Assembly (NCBI GenBank): GCA_964016885.1
Contig: OZ024741.1
Location: forward strand, 228,346,001 to 228,410,000
DNA from: Eledone cirrhosa
Lineage: Eukaryota
DNA: 64,000 nt
Direction: 5' to 3'
In this document: positions 25,445 to 39,699 of the stretch, one piece after another
Layout of the letters: each line of letters starts with the position of its first letter
How positions within the stretch are numbered: the stretch's first letter is position 1
The notes under the pieces: generated by a model
Databases searched by the model: none
What the model was told of the DNA's origin: nothing
What the model saw: the letters and a program-made list of their open reading frames with translations, nothing else
Translations under genes and position numbers: made by a program

Positions 25445-25790
25445 TGGTAGTGGTAGTAGTGAATATTGGTGATGGTGGCTGCGGTGGTAGTGGCTACAGT
25501 GGTGGTGGGTGTGTTAGTGGTGGTGGCTGCGGTGGTAGTGGATGTGGTGGTGGTGGTGGCTGCGGTGGTAGTGGATGTGGTGGTGGCTGCGGTGGTAGTA
25601 GCTACAGTGGTGGTGGCTGTGGTAGTGGTGGTGGCTGCGGGGGTAGTGGCTGTGGTGGTGGTGGTGGCTGCGTTGGTAGTGGATGTGGTGGTGGCTGCGG
25701 TGGTAGTGGCTGTGGTGGTGGTGGTGGCTGCGGTGGTAGTAGATGGGGTGGTGGTGGTGGTCTACGATAGTGGTGGTGGTATGGTGACTA
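25403..25790. repeat. (GTA)n followed by a GGTGGCTGCGGTGGTAGT-type minisatellite
   Basis: Direct reading. Confidence 0.9.
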
Positions 25791-26029
25791 TGATAGTAGC
25801 AATAATAGTAGTTTTATCGTAATGTTAGTATACAATGTTTGCGAACAAGATGGTGGCAGTTGAGGTTATAAGAGTTGTGTTCGTTGTAATGGTGTGATTA
25901 TACGGTGTGCATGGGTGTGTTTGTTATATGTATATGGCTGTTGTTGTCCAGCTCGATGTTATTTCTGATCAAGGTGACATGTAATCAAAGGCATTCCAGC
26001 CACCACCTCCCATCTTTATCTCATGCGTG

Positions 26030-26500
26030 ATTCACTCTTTTACTCTTTTACCTGTTCCAGCTATCCGGCTGAGGCCATGCTCGGGCACTGCCCTTGTTGC
26101 TACACATTATATCTCCAGTCTGTGTTGGCTGGCCATTGATGCAAGAGGGAGCTCGTCGCTGCTGCCCTTAGATTACCATCGTACCGTGCTGTGGGCTCAT
26201 CCGGGATCCTGAATAGCAGAGTGTCGAGATGTTTCTTGAAAACATCCACGTTCACACCATGCAGATCTCTCAAATTCCTTGACAGCTTGTTAAAGAGTCG
26301 AGGGCCTTTGAACCCCAGGCTATTGCAATATCTGCTCCTTGTTCTAGATGTGAAAGACGGGACCTTTGGCACTACACAGTGACGGCCTGTTCGGGGGTTG
26401 GTCCAGCTCCCAATGCCAACGTTTGGTGCTAGTCCCTCCAGGATTTTCCATGTCTATCACTGCGTATCTCTTTCGTCTTCGTTCCAAGGAGTTGAGTTTG
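26030..26500 (-). mobile_element. CR1-group (CR1/Daphne/Crack-like) LINE 3' fragment
   Basis: SLERRRKRYAVI, WKILEGLAPN, GPRLFNKL, FKKHLDTLL, IPDEP; 3' end with tandem GTAAAAGA. Confidence 0.8.
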
Positions 26501-27339
26501 TGATAGATTTGGCTGCTATTTCTAGCAAGTCAAGTGGTCATGTATGGGGCTCCTACACTTCTTCGAGTACTATATAACGGTGACGGTGGTGATTAGTGCT
26601 TATTCACTACCAACAGCGTCACCATAAATAGGCACTGCAATGCCACCACTAAGCAACACAACACCACCTGGCGACAGCACTAGTCATTTCAATTGTAGAA
26701 GTTTTTGGAAATCCCGAGAAGTAGAGATTGTAAGAATGGTCCATTGACGGAATGGATATGGCGTCGTACAAATACATTTGCATTAATTTTTTTCAGCTCC
26801 TTCTGACCCGAGTTCAAGACCGTTAAAATCAAGAAGTGGAGGCTTTTGATTTTCACTTATAACACCTTCATTTCATTAACGATTGTTAATACCATTGAGA
26901 AAGTTATAAAGGCTTGGTTATCATTATGTCCTTGTACATGAACTATCTTCTTTAGTTTCTTTTATGTTCTCCATGGATCATTGGACAATGGAGGATCTTT
27001 ATTTCACTCTGTTGCAAGCCTTGTCAAAGGTCTAGTCCCAGACCAGGTATCTACATGTCGTTTCTATAACAATTTTGATTAATGGCGGTTACTAACACAG
27101 CGTCCCCCCCCCCCCCTGCCTACTTAACATAGGCCAAAAACTGGCCTAGCGTTTCGAAGTCAATGAGGTGAGTGGATTCCTAAACCTGGATATAGGCTCA
27201 TTTCAGGTACTGAAGATTATACACCCCGCAAAAGATAACTCAATATCAGTGATATACTTTCATTCTCCGATTGCAGATATTTCATATTTTAATAACCATT
27301 CATAACATTGATGACAATAACGAAGAAGACTACGGTTCG

Positions 27340-27580
27340 TGATGATACTAATGATGATGATTGTTTTGATGTTCGTAATTTTGATGGTGGTGATGATGAT
27401 GACGATAATGATAATGGTCATGTTGATGATGATGATCGTCATGATAGTCATGATGATGATGGTGATGGCGATGATGATGATGATGATGATGATGTTGATG
27501 GTCCTGAAAATGATGATGGTCATGAAGATGATGATGATGATGACGACGACGACGACGATGATGATGATGATGATGATGAT
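27340..27580. repeat. Degenerate (GAT)n microsatellite
   Basis: Direct reading. Confidence 0.93.
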
Positions 27581-27599
27581 TTTGATAACATTCTGAGGA

Positions 27600-27900
27600 G
27601 TGAAAGCGGAAGGAGGCCGATAAATACGAAAAGGAAAAAAAAGAATTTGAAAAAAAACCCACAAGATTGCCGTATGGTAAACTGAAGAATTTGAGGAACA
27701 AAGCGGAAGCTCAGGGGAAAGCAATCAGCTAAGTGGTCGGACGCCATCTTGTCTTCTCAGGTTCGTCTCGTTTCCACTGGTTTTTGTCCATGTTCTCATT
27801 TTTCTCTGTCTGACCTTCCACCTCGCTTCAATGGCCATATATGGAGGCTTTCATTGTGGAAGACCATGTTGTTTAAAGATGCTCAAGATGGCTGATGTGA
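27600..27900. promoter_or_regulatory. Candidate cis-regulatory island (ETS-, YY1- and CArG-like motifs)
   Basis: AGCGGAAG x2 (~27605, ~27702), CGCCATCTT (27742-27750), CCATATATGG (27835-27844), AAGATGGC (~27885) in non-repetitive DNA. Confidence 0.35.
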
Positions 27901-28157
27901 ATTGAAAAAAAAAAGTGGAGGGTAGGAGGTGGCATCCCCGCAGGAAGTTGAAAAAGAGGAGAGGTTTTAGAAAACAGAAGAGAGCGGGATAAGGAGGGGG
28001 GTAGAGAGGGGCGGAGAAGAGGATACATTGGAAAGCACAAAGAGGGAAATAGAGAGAGAAAAGTGGAGTGGGAATGTAATGAGAGTAATAGAAATCGGAT
28101 ATGAAGGGGAGAGAAAGGAGAGAGAGATAAGGGTATATCTATATCTACATGTATCTC

Positions 28158-28264
<107 letters not shown>

Positions 28265-28647
28265 AAGAGAGAGAGAGTGAGAGAAAAGAGAGAAAGAGCA
28301 AGGGAGAGGGGGAGTTAAATGGGGTGAAAAAATGAGGTGTAAGGAAATATCTGTTGATGGTGTGAAGGGAAAGGAAAATGGGAGAGAAGGGAGAAAGATT
28401 TAGAGGTATTACGTGAGATATGAGTGAGGCGATGAAAAACAGATAGTAGCAGACAGACAGACAGACAGACAGACAGATAAAAAAGACAAAACAGAGATAT
28501 GAGGAAGTCGAGAAAGTGGTGAGTGCAGAATGCAAAAAAATATTATGGCTGTTCAGCATGTTATCTGTATGTGCGTGTTTAGGTTCCCCATTCACAAACC
28601 AAACTCATATAAACACATAATCAAATATGTACATACTGTGTGTGTGT

Positions 28648-28707
<60 letters not shown>

Positions 28708-28779
28708 ATGTGTGTGTACGCGTGTGCATGTGAGTGTGTGTTTGTGTGTTCGCGAGTTTGTGTAATAGGTGCAAGTAAC

Positions 28780-29080
28780 GAAATGGGTTCGTATTCGGTC
28801 TGCTTGGCTCCTTGAATAACTACCTTGTGAGTGAAATTTGGTAGACCGAAATTGTGTGGAAGGGCATCATATATAATTGTGTGGGGAGTTGAGTGTATGT
28901 GTTTGTTTCTCCGTGCGTGTAATTACGTATTCACCGCCAAACAACCAGTGTTGTAGCAGTTCGACAAATAGATATCGATTAAATATGTAATAGATTTTAA
29001 AATAAAATAAAATAGTGGGGTTGATATGATCTACTAACCCAGCATGATCACTGGGAATGACTACAACCAGTAGAACAATA
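28780..29080 (+). mobile_element. Decayed long SINE of a further family
   Basis: CCTTGTGAGTGAAATTTGGTAGAC...GGGGTTGAT...CCCAGCATGATCAC...GAATGACTACAACCAGTA; tail resembles the LINE 3' end at 26030-26092. Confidence 0.55.
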
Positions 29081-29098
29081 TACATATTTGTACAGCTA

Positions 29099-29228
<130 letters not shown>

Positions 29229-30032
29229 GCGTGTGTTTGTATATATATATATACCTATATAAGTTTTCTCGAAGATTGAGTTGAAGCGCGAGTGTATTAG
29301 AATTCATAGAATAATCAGAAAAAACTCAACGCAAGAATAGCAGTTAAAACCAAAATGCCGTCAATGAGGACGTCGGATAAAATTTACCTCAAAGGACAGA
29401 AATCAGGGGCTAGAAGTGTGTTAGCCCGTATACATGATATGAAGAAAGGAGCAAAGTAAGAAAATGAACGAGACAAGATCACAAAAAACATCATTTCACC
29501 TCTTCAGCTCTCAGACCAGTTGTGGTTTCGCACGATTTAACTTGAGAGGACTGCATAAAATTCCCGGCTCGTGCAACAGAAAATAGATATTTCTGCAGGT
29601 GTGATGTATGAGTAATAAAACGAACAAATTTGTTAGACTGACTGATAGATCGGAGAGAGAGAAGTAAAATGCGTCCGCTCGTCACCAAGTCACCGGCAAT
29701 TTCCTATGAATGTGATAGATGAAAAATTCAGTTGTCTTATATTTCTGGCATATAAATGAAACATAAAATAAATGAAAAAAAAATAGTGAAAAAATCTTGC
29801 TCAAATCATATACAGATGTATTCACATATCACAATCTGTACAATGACTCAAAGAATTGCCTATTAATTCTGTTCATTTTTGTATCATCAGAGAAAGAATA
29901 AATAAGTAAAGAAACAATGTACGTGTAATGGAGCTTGAACAAGTTTTTCCACTGTTTTGGTTTTTCATTTATTTTGTTGTTTATTCTTATATAAACACGT
30001 TTTAGAAACTTAATTTTTCATTTTACCTTTAT

Positions 30033-30142
<110 letters not shown>

Positions 30143-30365
30143 ATGTATGTTAAAGGTAAACAGAAATAACAACACAATCGGTACAGTATATGGAAGGAAT
30201 ATGGAAGGTTAACGCTTGAAATAGCAGGAAGAGGGTCTTAACGTTTCGGACGCTATGGCATATTACAATTGTTTTGATATCGATCAGCTCAGGGTACAAT
30301 TATAATGACGGGGTCTGATTCTTCTCCAAAATCTCTCTAGATATGCGAGATTATATATATATATA

Positions 30366-30550
30366 CTAGATTACCCGTGACCCGTTCCGCCACGTTCACT
30401 TAAAAATAATTTTTAAATAATTAAAATATACACAGACATGTATAGTATATAATATAAAATGAAATTGGAAGGTCATTCTCATTTAAGAATATTTTTTGAA
30501 TATGCCAAAACATATCTTTTTAATCGTATTCACATAAAAATAATTAAAAA
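30366..30550 (-). mobile_element. Possible Helitron 3' end
   Basis: Minus strand ends with a CGTG...CACG hairpin, short spacer, then CTAG|T in (TA)n. Confidence 0.4.
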
Positions 30551-30554
30551 TTAA

Positions 30555-30978
30555 GAAACTGGTACTTTATTTTATCGACCCCATAAGGACGAAATGCAGA
30601 GTTAACCTCAGTGGGATTTGTACTAAGAACGTAATGGGCCATAACTCTATGCTGCAAAGCATGGTGTCTGACGCTCTACCGATACTGCCAAACCACCGCT
30701 GTAATGAAATAATGATTTCTTCTATAGGTACAAGGCCAGTAATTTGGGGAAGGGGAAAGTCGATTAAATCGACCCCAGTACGTTACTGGTGCTTTATTTA
30801 TCGACACCGTAAATTAACCTCGGCAGGATTTGAACTCAGACGGTAAAGGACCGTAACTCTATGCAGCAAAGCCCCCGACTCCAGTACTTAACTGGTATTT
30901 CATTTTATCGACACTGGAAGAATGAAAGGCAAAGTTAACCTCGGTGGGATTTCAACTCAGGAGGTAAAGGGCCGGAAA
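30555..30978 (-). mobile_element. Cluster of three SINE copies (dominant family)
   Basis: Reverse complements of the head, B box and central domain. Confidence 0.85.
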
Positions 30979-31023
30979 AGTACTTCTTATCGTGTCCACA
31001 AGAGTGTCGGTTACAAAGCTTGT

Positions 31024-31700
31024 CTAGATGTGATTCCACCACTGCTGAACACATTGCTGTCTTCTCTCATTAAACTCTGCCAAGTCCAATGCTGTGCAGG
31101 AGTGTTCCAGCAGGGGGAATATCAGGAGGTGCTGTATAGTCTGTGGTTTGATGCCGCCGTCACACACAACGTCCCCATCCTTTAAATATCCCCATTTTGC
31201 CAGATTGACTTTTGCATGCCCAACACCAGATCTTAGTCTGTTAAGGCATTTCTACACTGCATAGTGTGTATCTGCTCCAGGGGGAAGTGCCTTGCTTGCC
31301 TATAGCTCCATTGTTGTTACAGATGGGAGGTTGTTAAATTTTTCTTCCCAGCGAGTGACTCTTTCACTATTTATGCTTGATGTTCCAAGGGTTGTGACGT
31401 TCTTTATGAAACTTTTCCTGGATTTAAGGCGCCTTTTGGCTGGAACATGACCAAAGAGAGGATGTTTTTGATTTGTAATCTGTTGTTGACGCTCTTTCTT
31501 GCTTGCTGCACTTCGTCGTATATCTGGTGGGGCTATGCCTGCCAGGATATGCAGACGGTCCGGTCCGTAGGTGTAGATTTCACGCAGCCTGTGTTGAGGC
31601 GGCAGCTAGCATTGAGGGCGGGATGTAGCTTCACTCGCTCCCATATTGAGCATGCATACTCGGCAAAAGTACTGCTACACATTTATCCGACGTTCTAATG
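31024..31700 (-). pseudogene. Vingi/Ingi-group LINE ORF C-terminal fragment
   Basis: GCVKSTP, LHILAGIAPPDIRR, RLRSGVGHAKVNLAKWG, CDGG..QTIQHLL. Confidence 0.75.
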
Positions 31701-31732
31701 AATCTGCTAATCCACAACCCTTCTAACATAAT

Positions 31733-32182
31733 GATTTCAGATTTAGGCACACAGCCAACAGGTTTGGGGGAGGGAAAAATCGATTAAATCGACCCCAGTG
31801 GTTACTAATACTTTATTTCATCGACTCCGTAAGGATGAAAAGCAAAGTTAACATAGACGAGATAAGAACTCAGAATGAAAGGCACGTAACTTTATGCTGC
31901 AATGCATGTTGTCCCACACTCTCTCGATAGGGCCCATCCTCCGCCTTAAAAGTCAACGTCAATAGCCGTTTCTGATTTAGGCACAAGCCAACAATTTGTT
32001 GGGAGGGGAAGTCGATTAAATCGACCCCTGTACATTATCAGTGCTATATTTTATCGACCCCGTGAGGACGAACAGCAAAGCTAACCCCCAACGGGATTTG
32101 AACTCAGAACGTAAAGAGCCGGAAAAAATGCTGCTAAGTATTTATTCAACGTTTTAATAACTTTGCCAATCCACCGCCCTTT
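31733..32182 (-). mobile_element. Two tandem SINEs (long-tail variant)
   Basis: TTTCAGATTTAGGCAC...GGGGAGGG...TCGATTAAATCGACCCC...CCGCCCTT. Confidence 0.85.
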
Positions 32183-32429
32183 TAACATAAATAACAATGG
32201 TTTCTGTATGATTCATATCATCATCGTCATCATCGTTGTCGCCGTCGTCGTTGTTGCTGTTTCTGTTGTTGTTGTGGCTGCTGTTGCTGTTTCTGTTGTT
32301 GTTGTAGTTGGTGTTGTTGCTGTTGCTGTTGTTGTTTCTAAATTTTAATTGCACAATTATTATTTGTCTCTCCGTCCTCCGTGTCGCATTGCAGTTATAT
32401 ACATAAGACATTTTAAAACTATCGAGGTA

Positions 32430-32575
<146 letters not shown>

Positions 32576-32725
32576 TTCACACACACACATACACACACAG
32601 ACATTCAAACACACAGGCACATTCACATACACACAGGCACATTCACATACATACAAATTCAGCCACATACACATATACATAACACTCTCACTTTATATTT
32701 CTACACTCACACACGTACATACAGA

Positions 32726-32817
<92 letters not shown>

Positions 32818-33169
32818 CTGAAAAATGCGAAAAATGTCAAAAACAGAAATACGTAAAGACATCAAGCCGATGTATATAAAGTTTGTTGTTGTTATTGTTA
32901 TAGCTGTTGTTATTGAGGTTCTAGTAATTTTTGTTTTTGTTATTGCGTTTGTTATTGAGACTGGAGTTGTTTGTCAAAAATAACATGCTCCACAGAAAGG
33001 TTAAAGGTTAAAGATTGTGGTAGTTATTATGGCACCATCACTACAATCTGTCTGTTAAGGGTTGGCCCCTTATTAACTAACAAACCTTTATTTTGAAAGG
33101 TGTGGCTATAAAATGGATTTTGTAATTTCTATTCTAAAGAAGAATGGATGGCCAAAGGGATAGTCGTGT

Positions 33170-33210
<41 letters not shown>

Positions 33211-33211
<1 letters not shown>

Positions 33212-33750
33212 TAGCAGTGGTACCCGGCGTTGCACGGGATAAGGTATTTTGGAACACGGGCCGCTAACAGACCTAATCGTGGAAGAACTGCATGCCTGGA
33301 CAATATGTAAAGAAAATAAACCGAATACTCTGATGGCTGGATAATCTTTAAGATTTTCCTCGAGGAAGCAGGAAAAATGCAGGTTTTCACCTAATGCGGG
33401 CCCTAGGCCATAAAAAAGTTGGATTTTCTTTGCTCACGGTATGAAGAAGAGACTGACTAATACATAGTTACAATTTCAAAGAAATCGGTCTGACGTAACC
33501 CCTCAAAACACCCCTAAAATCTTGAAAATACGCAGTTTTCACCTAATGCGAGCCCTAGGAGATCAAAAAGTTGAATTTTTAATGTGCATAAAACTCCCTG
33601 AAACATAAGTAATACACATGAAAAGTTTGGAAAAAATCGGTTGGGTACTTCTCGGGTTTCACCCCCCCCCACACACATACACACATACACACATAATACA
33701 TACATACATACAAACATCCTTCCTCAGTTTTATATATATACACATATAGA
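33211..33750 (-). mobile_element. Non-autonomous Helitron (540 bp)
   Basis: Minus: A|TCTATATGTGTATATATATAAAAC 5' end; 3' hairpin CCCG TGCAACGC CGGG, 8 nt, CTAG|T; no TSD; internal ~30-bp direct repeat. Confidence 0.85.
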
Positions 33751-34991
33751 TTAAAATAACAGATTAAAGTTTAAGCAAAGAATCGTTGCTCTCACACTTA
33801 ACGGGATCTTCTGAAACTAAAACATCAATCTGTGAACGCAGAAGTAAATATTTCGAAAAACGTTGCAGCCGAAGGGAGACAGGAAGACGATACTTTGGTT
33901 CGTGGAGACGTTCCCTGGCAATGAACGGAAAAAATGAAGATAATACGTCATTATTTGGACCAATGAGAACAATTACACGCAAAGACAAAACCACGTTTAT
34001 GGTGTAACTGAAGTCGTAACTAAAATTCTATTTAGGAAACCGAATGATACTCGGCTTCAGAGTTAAGAATAATGTAAATAAATTACAGAGATTATTGAAA
34101 TCAACAAAAATTATAAACATGCACGCATCCATAATGCATACGCGAAAACACCCGCCATGGGTATGCATATACAAGCACGTACACAAAAACACGCGTACAC
34201 ATACAACCCCCCCCCCCGCCAACACCTGTACCCGCACACATACGAACGTATACACCAAATACACATAAAACATATATAAACAAATATATATACATGTGTG
34301 TGTGTGCGCGTATATATATAATTATATAAACGTATATAAATATACACCCATAAATACGTATATAACGCGCGCACACACACACCTACATGTAAATAAACAT
34401 ATGTTCGCTAAGCGTACGTCAACCAAAACACAAATTACACACATATACACACACCCTACATACGTGCAAACCCGCATACACATACAGACGCAAAACTCAC
34501 GTAAGCGCATAACCATATACACTTGTACAAGTACATATGATATAATATATACGCCTATAACAAATACAAGCAAATATACGTAGAGAAAGTATACCGGCAA
34601 CATCACCAATCATGCTTGGTGAGGAGGGTGATTTTTGACACCCTACGGAATGAAAATTATAACCTGTGAAAGGGTGGAGGAATTTAGGAGAGTGAACGGT
34701 TATCCAAAAGTGTGTTTAAAATAACGACTAGACAAAGTTAATTAGCCTTGGTTGGCATTCTGACTAAGAGAAAGATCATTTTTATTTTGAAAACTGGGAT
34801 AGATTGAAACCCCTAGGATCCTTTGTAACTACTAACAACCTTTCAAGTGACCAACGGCTTCAATCTTCCTGGCTCGGAAGCAGCTTCCGAGTAATGGCCG
34901 CGAACAAAATTCGGAACCCATCGACAACCCCGACCCTCAGGAATGAGGATGGCAAGAAAGCAAGAACCATATATATATATATAGAGAGAGA

Positions 34992-35092
<101 letters not shown>

Positions 35093-35489
35093 GTGTGTGC
35101 GTGTGTGTGTGTGTGTGTGTGCACGCGCGTGTGTGTACGTTTAAATCTGCAAAGAAAATATCACTACATTACATAGCATATATAGCCATAGAAATATTTC
35201 TGATGCAGTGGTCTCCTCCTATAAAAAAGGCCTTTGCCAAGGATGTCTTTAGCATGAAGAATTTCATACATAGTACTTCTAAAATATATAGCAGTCAACC
35301 GTGCCACGATTAGCAAGGGTGTCTACTCGTTATTTATTTTTAACTGGTGTTAATTTCCGAAGCGATTGGGGGCTTTATTTCGGTAGTTGCAGTGAAGTTC
35401 TTGAAGTAGGAATTGCGTATTCAGTTGTGTCATTTAATGTTAGATATGATATTGAACTTGGTGTATATTGAACTATGTATTTATTTTTA

Positions 35490-35682
35490 ACTTAAGCACA
35501 AGGCCACGAAATTTGGGAGAAGGATGGAGTTGAATAAATCAAGCCAGAAGTTGACTAGTACTTTATTTTTGCCGATCCCGGAAGAAAGATCCTGGATATG
35601 AACTCAGGCCATAAAGTGTCGTAATTAAATTCTACAAAGCACTTGGTCTGACGCTCAAACGATTCCACCAATCCACCGCCCT
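35490..35682 (-). mobile_element. Decayed SINE (dominant family)
   Basis: GCACAAGGCC...CCAATCCACCGCCCT. Confidence 0.75.
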
Positions 35683-35721
35683 ACAATTCTAAAATGTCTA
35701 AATTCCGTCTCGAGATAGAAG

Positions 35722-35972
35722 GCTCATCAAGCCAGAGCTTATCTCGGTTTCCGTGACGTGAAGCGACTGTGAGTATAAGACTCCCTACTGGACAGGACAC
35801 CTGTCCATTGCAGGTTTAAAGCCCCAGCTATTGCTGTCACTCATTTTTAGCTTAGTATACTGGAACACGTAAAATGTGGTGTTTTGCTCAAAAACACAAC
35901 ATACAAATCAGTCGAATCCACGACATTATGATTGTAAGTCCAGCACCGTTACCACTAGGCCAGGCGTCTCCC
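35722..35972 (-). mobile_element. tRNA-derived SINE with V/Meta-like conserved domain
   Basis: Minus: TGGCCTAGTGGTAA A box; CCTGCAATGGACAGGTGTCCTGTCCAG...AGTCGCTTCACGTCACGGAAACCGAGATAAGCTC. Confidence 0.7.
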
Positions 35973-36100
35973 TAAAATTGCTATATAAGTATTGCTTATA
36001 TGATTAAGCACCTATTTTTATTAGGAATTCTGTATAATACAGAAGTATTGTCCGTCCATACTGCCTCATCTTACTTTGCTTCATGGTGTGTGGTGCAGTG

Positions 36101-36187
<87 letters not shown>

Positions 36188-36368
36188 TTTGTCTTATTGG
36201 TCGTATTTTTGGCCGTGCGAATGAGTGTTGAAGCATCGTCTCAGTGTGTTGGTATTAAACGTTAGTTATAGCTCTGGTTTATCCAAACTATTGAACACTT
36301 TGCCACACATTTCGAAGATTGTGTTTCGTTATTTCGTGGGCCGAAGTTCCGATTCTCGATAATTTATT

Positions 36369-36419
<51 letters not shown>

Positions 36420-36757
36420 AAAAGTTCTATTTAAATTGTTGGGATACAACAAGGAAATATTTTTTATAACTGATATAAAGCACTCAACAAATATTTGGAG
36501 TAAAAATACGATATTAACAAATGGAAACTATATTTATAAAACCATATTTATTTCATTATACATATTTCAAGGAAACCAAGTTAAATTATGGTGTGCTTCC
36601 AACAGTGATGGTTGCATTTTTTAAGGGTATGTCAATATTTATTTATAAAACTGATCTATATTATATTTTATCTAATGAAAGCACACCATAATTTAAATTG
36701 GTGTCCTTGAAATATGTATAATGAAATAAATATGGTTTTATAAATATAGTTTCCAGT

Positions 36758-36762
<5 letters not shown>
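36420..36762. repeat. Fold-back pair of pLTR ends with degenerate hammerheads (36664-36728 on +)
   Basis: 36524-36600 is inverted at 36677-36755; TATTTTAT-CTAATGA-stem-GAAA-TATGTA-TA-ATGAAATA. Confidence 0.7.
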
Positions 36763-36807
<45 letters not shown>

Positions 36808-36809
36808 CA

Positions 36810-39520
36810 AAAGGGATATTCAATTTGTTGGTAATTCAACAAATATAAATGTTTATAACTGATTCAGAGCACTCGACAAGTTTTCTGGAGTATAATATTC
36901 AATGATATTAAATAAATGGAAACTATATTTATAAAACCATATTTATTCTATTATATATATTTCAAGGATACCAAAACTTTGGTACGCTTTCATCAAATAA
37001 AATAAAAAGTTTGTTTTATAAATTTTGACATAACCAAGAATAGATACCTTAACGGTTCAAGTTTTTCTTGGATAGTGATGGAAAGAAGGGAAAGAGAAGA
37101 AAAGTCAGATATTTCAAATTATTAAAATGAGTATGCAAATGAGGTTGAGGTATAGGGCTGAAAAAACGTTATTTTAGACGGTATGCAGTATTTAAATAAT
37201 TAGGATAAATGTATGTATGAGTAGGAAGAAGAAAAAAGAGAGAAAAGCTTGTATTTACGTTAATTTAGAAGGAATTAACAATTTGCGGGAATGGTGGAAT
37301 ATTATTCCAGAATTTAAATTTATTTAGCTATATTATGAGTTATAATATTGTAAATATAATCAATTAGATTATATGAAGAATTATGGTTGTAAGTAGATTT
37401 TATCTTATTACATTACAATAGGTTGTAAGTATATTAATATTTATATCGATTAATAATTGTGCATGTATAAGTATTATAGAAATAGAAATAAAAATAATTT
37501 ACAATTATTAGTTGTTTACATTTCTCATGAGTTACGAAGGATCTTGATTTTGCATTTTACATAAAAAAACAGGTAGTTCAAGTTGTAAGAGGAGAACAAT
37601 TTGTAAATTCGAATATTTTGTTCCAACATTGAAAATGTTTTCAGAATATTGTTAATTTAGCGACGTTATATAGTTTATCATACATATATTATAATATAAT
37701 GTTTATGTTTTCACGATTGAAAAGGGAAAGATAACTTCAATCTTGTTTGTTAACCGTTAAATTTGATGAATGATTTACTCAGAAAATATATAGAGAAAAT
37801 TATATATTATTTTGTATGAGATTAATTTTAAATATATATTATTTTAGTCGAAAGATGTGTGAAAGTTTGAAGATCAAAAGAAGAGGAAAAAAGTAATGTG
37901 CATTTCGAAGAACTATCGTAAAGAGGATAAAGTTTCAGAATGTCAATTAAAGATTATCAATCTACATAAAAATAAAATATATATTTAGAGGGGTACCTTT
38001 AGGAAAATAATGTCAAAGGGTAAAAATAGTAAAAAAATATATTAAAAAATTAACATAGCACAAAATATAAATAGAATTAATAATAGAAACTTAAATTTAA
38101 ACCCTAACCAAACTAACCAAGATAGCAATAATAATATTTCTAACAACAATATTCAGAATAATAGTACCGTTCCGAACAACAACTCCAGAAAATATAACTG
38201 TAGAATTAAATCAAACTGCCCTTTACAAAATAATTGCTTAGACAAAAACGTAATTTCACAGTTAAAACTAGAGACAAAGTATTGGTGCCACTTCTACAAA
38301 ATTCAAAGAACGCTGGTATAACCATAAACACACATTTAATAGATCCGATAAAAAATCTTCCACTTCACTTTCACATTTAATTTGGAACTTAAAAGACAAC
38401 AATATAGACTATTCCATATCTTGAGGAGCGATTTCGAAAGCACCTGCATACCGAAATATGGCTTTCTCAAGATTCTGTAACTTGTGTATCGAGGAAATGT
38501 TTTATATAATTAACTGTCAAAGCTCTATTAATCTTAAAACAGAATTATTTTCTACTAGCAGACATCGCAAATTTCCGCTTTCAGAAGTATTTTTAATTCA
38601 TGATATTCATTACGCTTCACTATATCTTATACACCTTCAAAATGAACCTATTTCCTTTAAAATTTTTAATTAAAATTTTTAAAATGATCTTCCTTCTTAA
38701 TTTTTTAATATTTCTACTATTTTTACCATTTGACATTAATTTTTTAATTTCAAAAAATTTTTTTTACTATTTTTACCTTTTCACATTATTTTCCTAAAGA
38801 TACCCCTCTCAATATATTTTTTTAGATGCAGATTGATAATCTTTAATTGACATTCTGAAAGTTTATCCTCTTTACGATAGTTCTTCGAAATGCACATTAC
38901 TTTTTTTTCTCTATTTGATCTTCAAACTTTCACACATCTTTCGACTAAAATAATATATAATTGAAATTAATCCCACACAAAATAATATATAATTTCCTCT
39001 ATATATTTTCTGAGTAAATCATTCATCAAATTTAACGGTTAACAAACAAGATTGGAGTTATCTTTCCTTTTTCAATCGTGCAAACATAAACATTATATTA
39101 TAATATATGTATGATAAACTATATAACTTCGCTCAATTAACAATATTCTGCAAACATTTTCAATGTTGGAACAAAATATTCGAATCTACAAATTGTTCTC
39201 CTCTTACAACTTGAACTAACTGTTTTTTTATGTAAAATGCAAAACCAACTTCCTTCGTAACTCATATTAGAAATATAAACAACCTATCCCTCAACCTCAT
39301 TTGCATACTAATCTTAATAATTTGAAATATCTGACTTTTCTTCTCTTTTCCCTTCACTATCCAAGAAAAACTTGAACCGTTAAGGTATCTTTTCTTGGTT
39401 ATGTCAAAATTTGTATCTTATCTGATGAAAGCGTACCAAAGTTTTGGTACCCTTGAAATATATATATAATAGAATAAATATGGTTTTATAAATATGGTTT
39501 CCATTTATTTAATATCATTG
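36810..39520 (+). mobile_element. AT-rich Naiad-type PLE remnant: inverted pLTR + GIY-YIG fragment + pLTR (large fold-back)
   Basis: ~36900-38075 is the reverse complement of ~38700-39520 apart from a ~355-bp indel; centre translates NCRIKSNCPLQNNCL, IGATSTKFKERWYNHKHTF, LSHLIWNLKD, CNLCIEE. Confidence 0.85.
39414..39476 (+). ncRNA. Minimal type I hammerhead, intact core; inverted copy at 36942-37006 (TTGATGA)
   Basis: TATCTTAT-CTGATGA-aag c gtaccaaa g ttttggtac c ctt-GAAA-TATATATA-TA-ATAGAATA. Confidence 0.8.
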
Positions 39521-39699
39521 TATATATATATATATATATATATATTTATTTAGGTTTGTTGCTTCACCACTGGATAGAACTGGTCATTCCGTACGGTCAA
39601 CCTCGATGTAATATTAGAGAGAGCACTCGACGTAATGCAACTCACCCGTCTTCGTTTGTGTTGTTGGTGGTGCGAGTACGGAGTTAATTATTCAAAAAT

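Noticed and set aside
23583-25822. Gly/Cys-rich (GGCGGSG) and Pro-rich ORFs resembling structural proteins
   Set aside because: Derived from (GGT)n expansions, open in multiple frames on both strands, with no signal peptide or splice context seen.
27125-27230. Hairpin TAGGCCA/TGGCCTA and GAAACGCTA half-motif
   Set aside because: A complete ribozyme core could not be assembled.
27308-27685. Asp-rich ORF with a basic tail
   Set aside because: A (GAT)n microsatellite running into A-rich sequence; no independent support.
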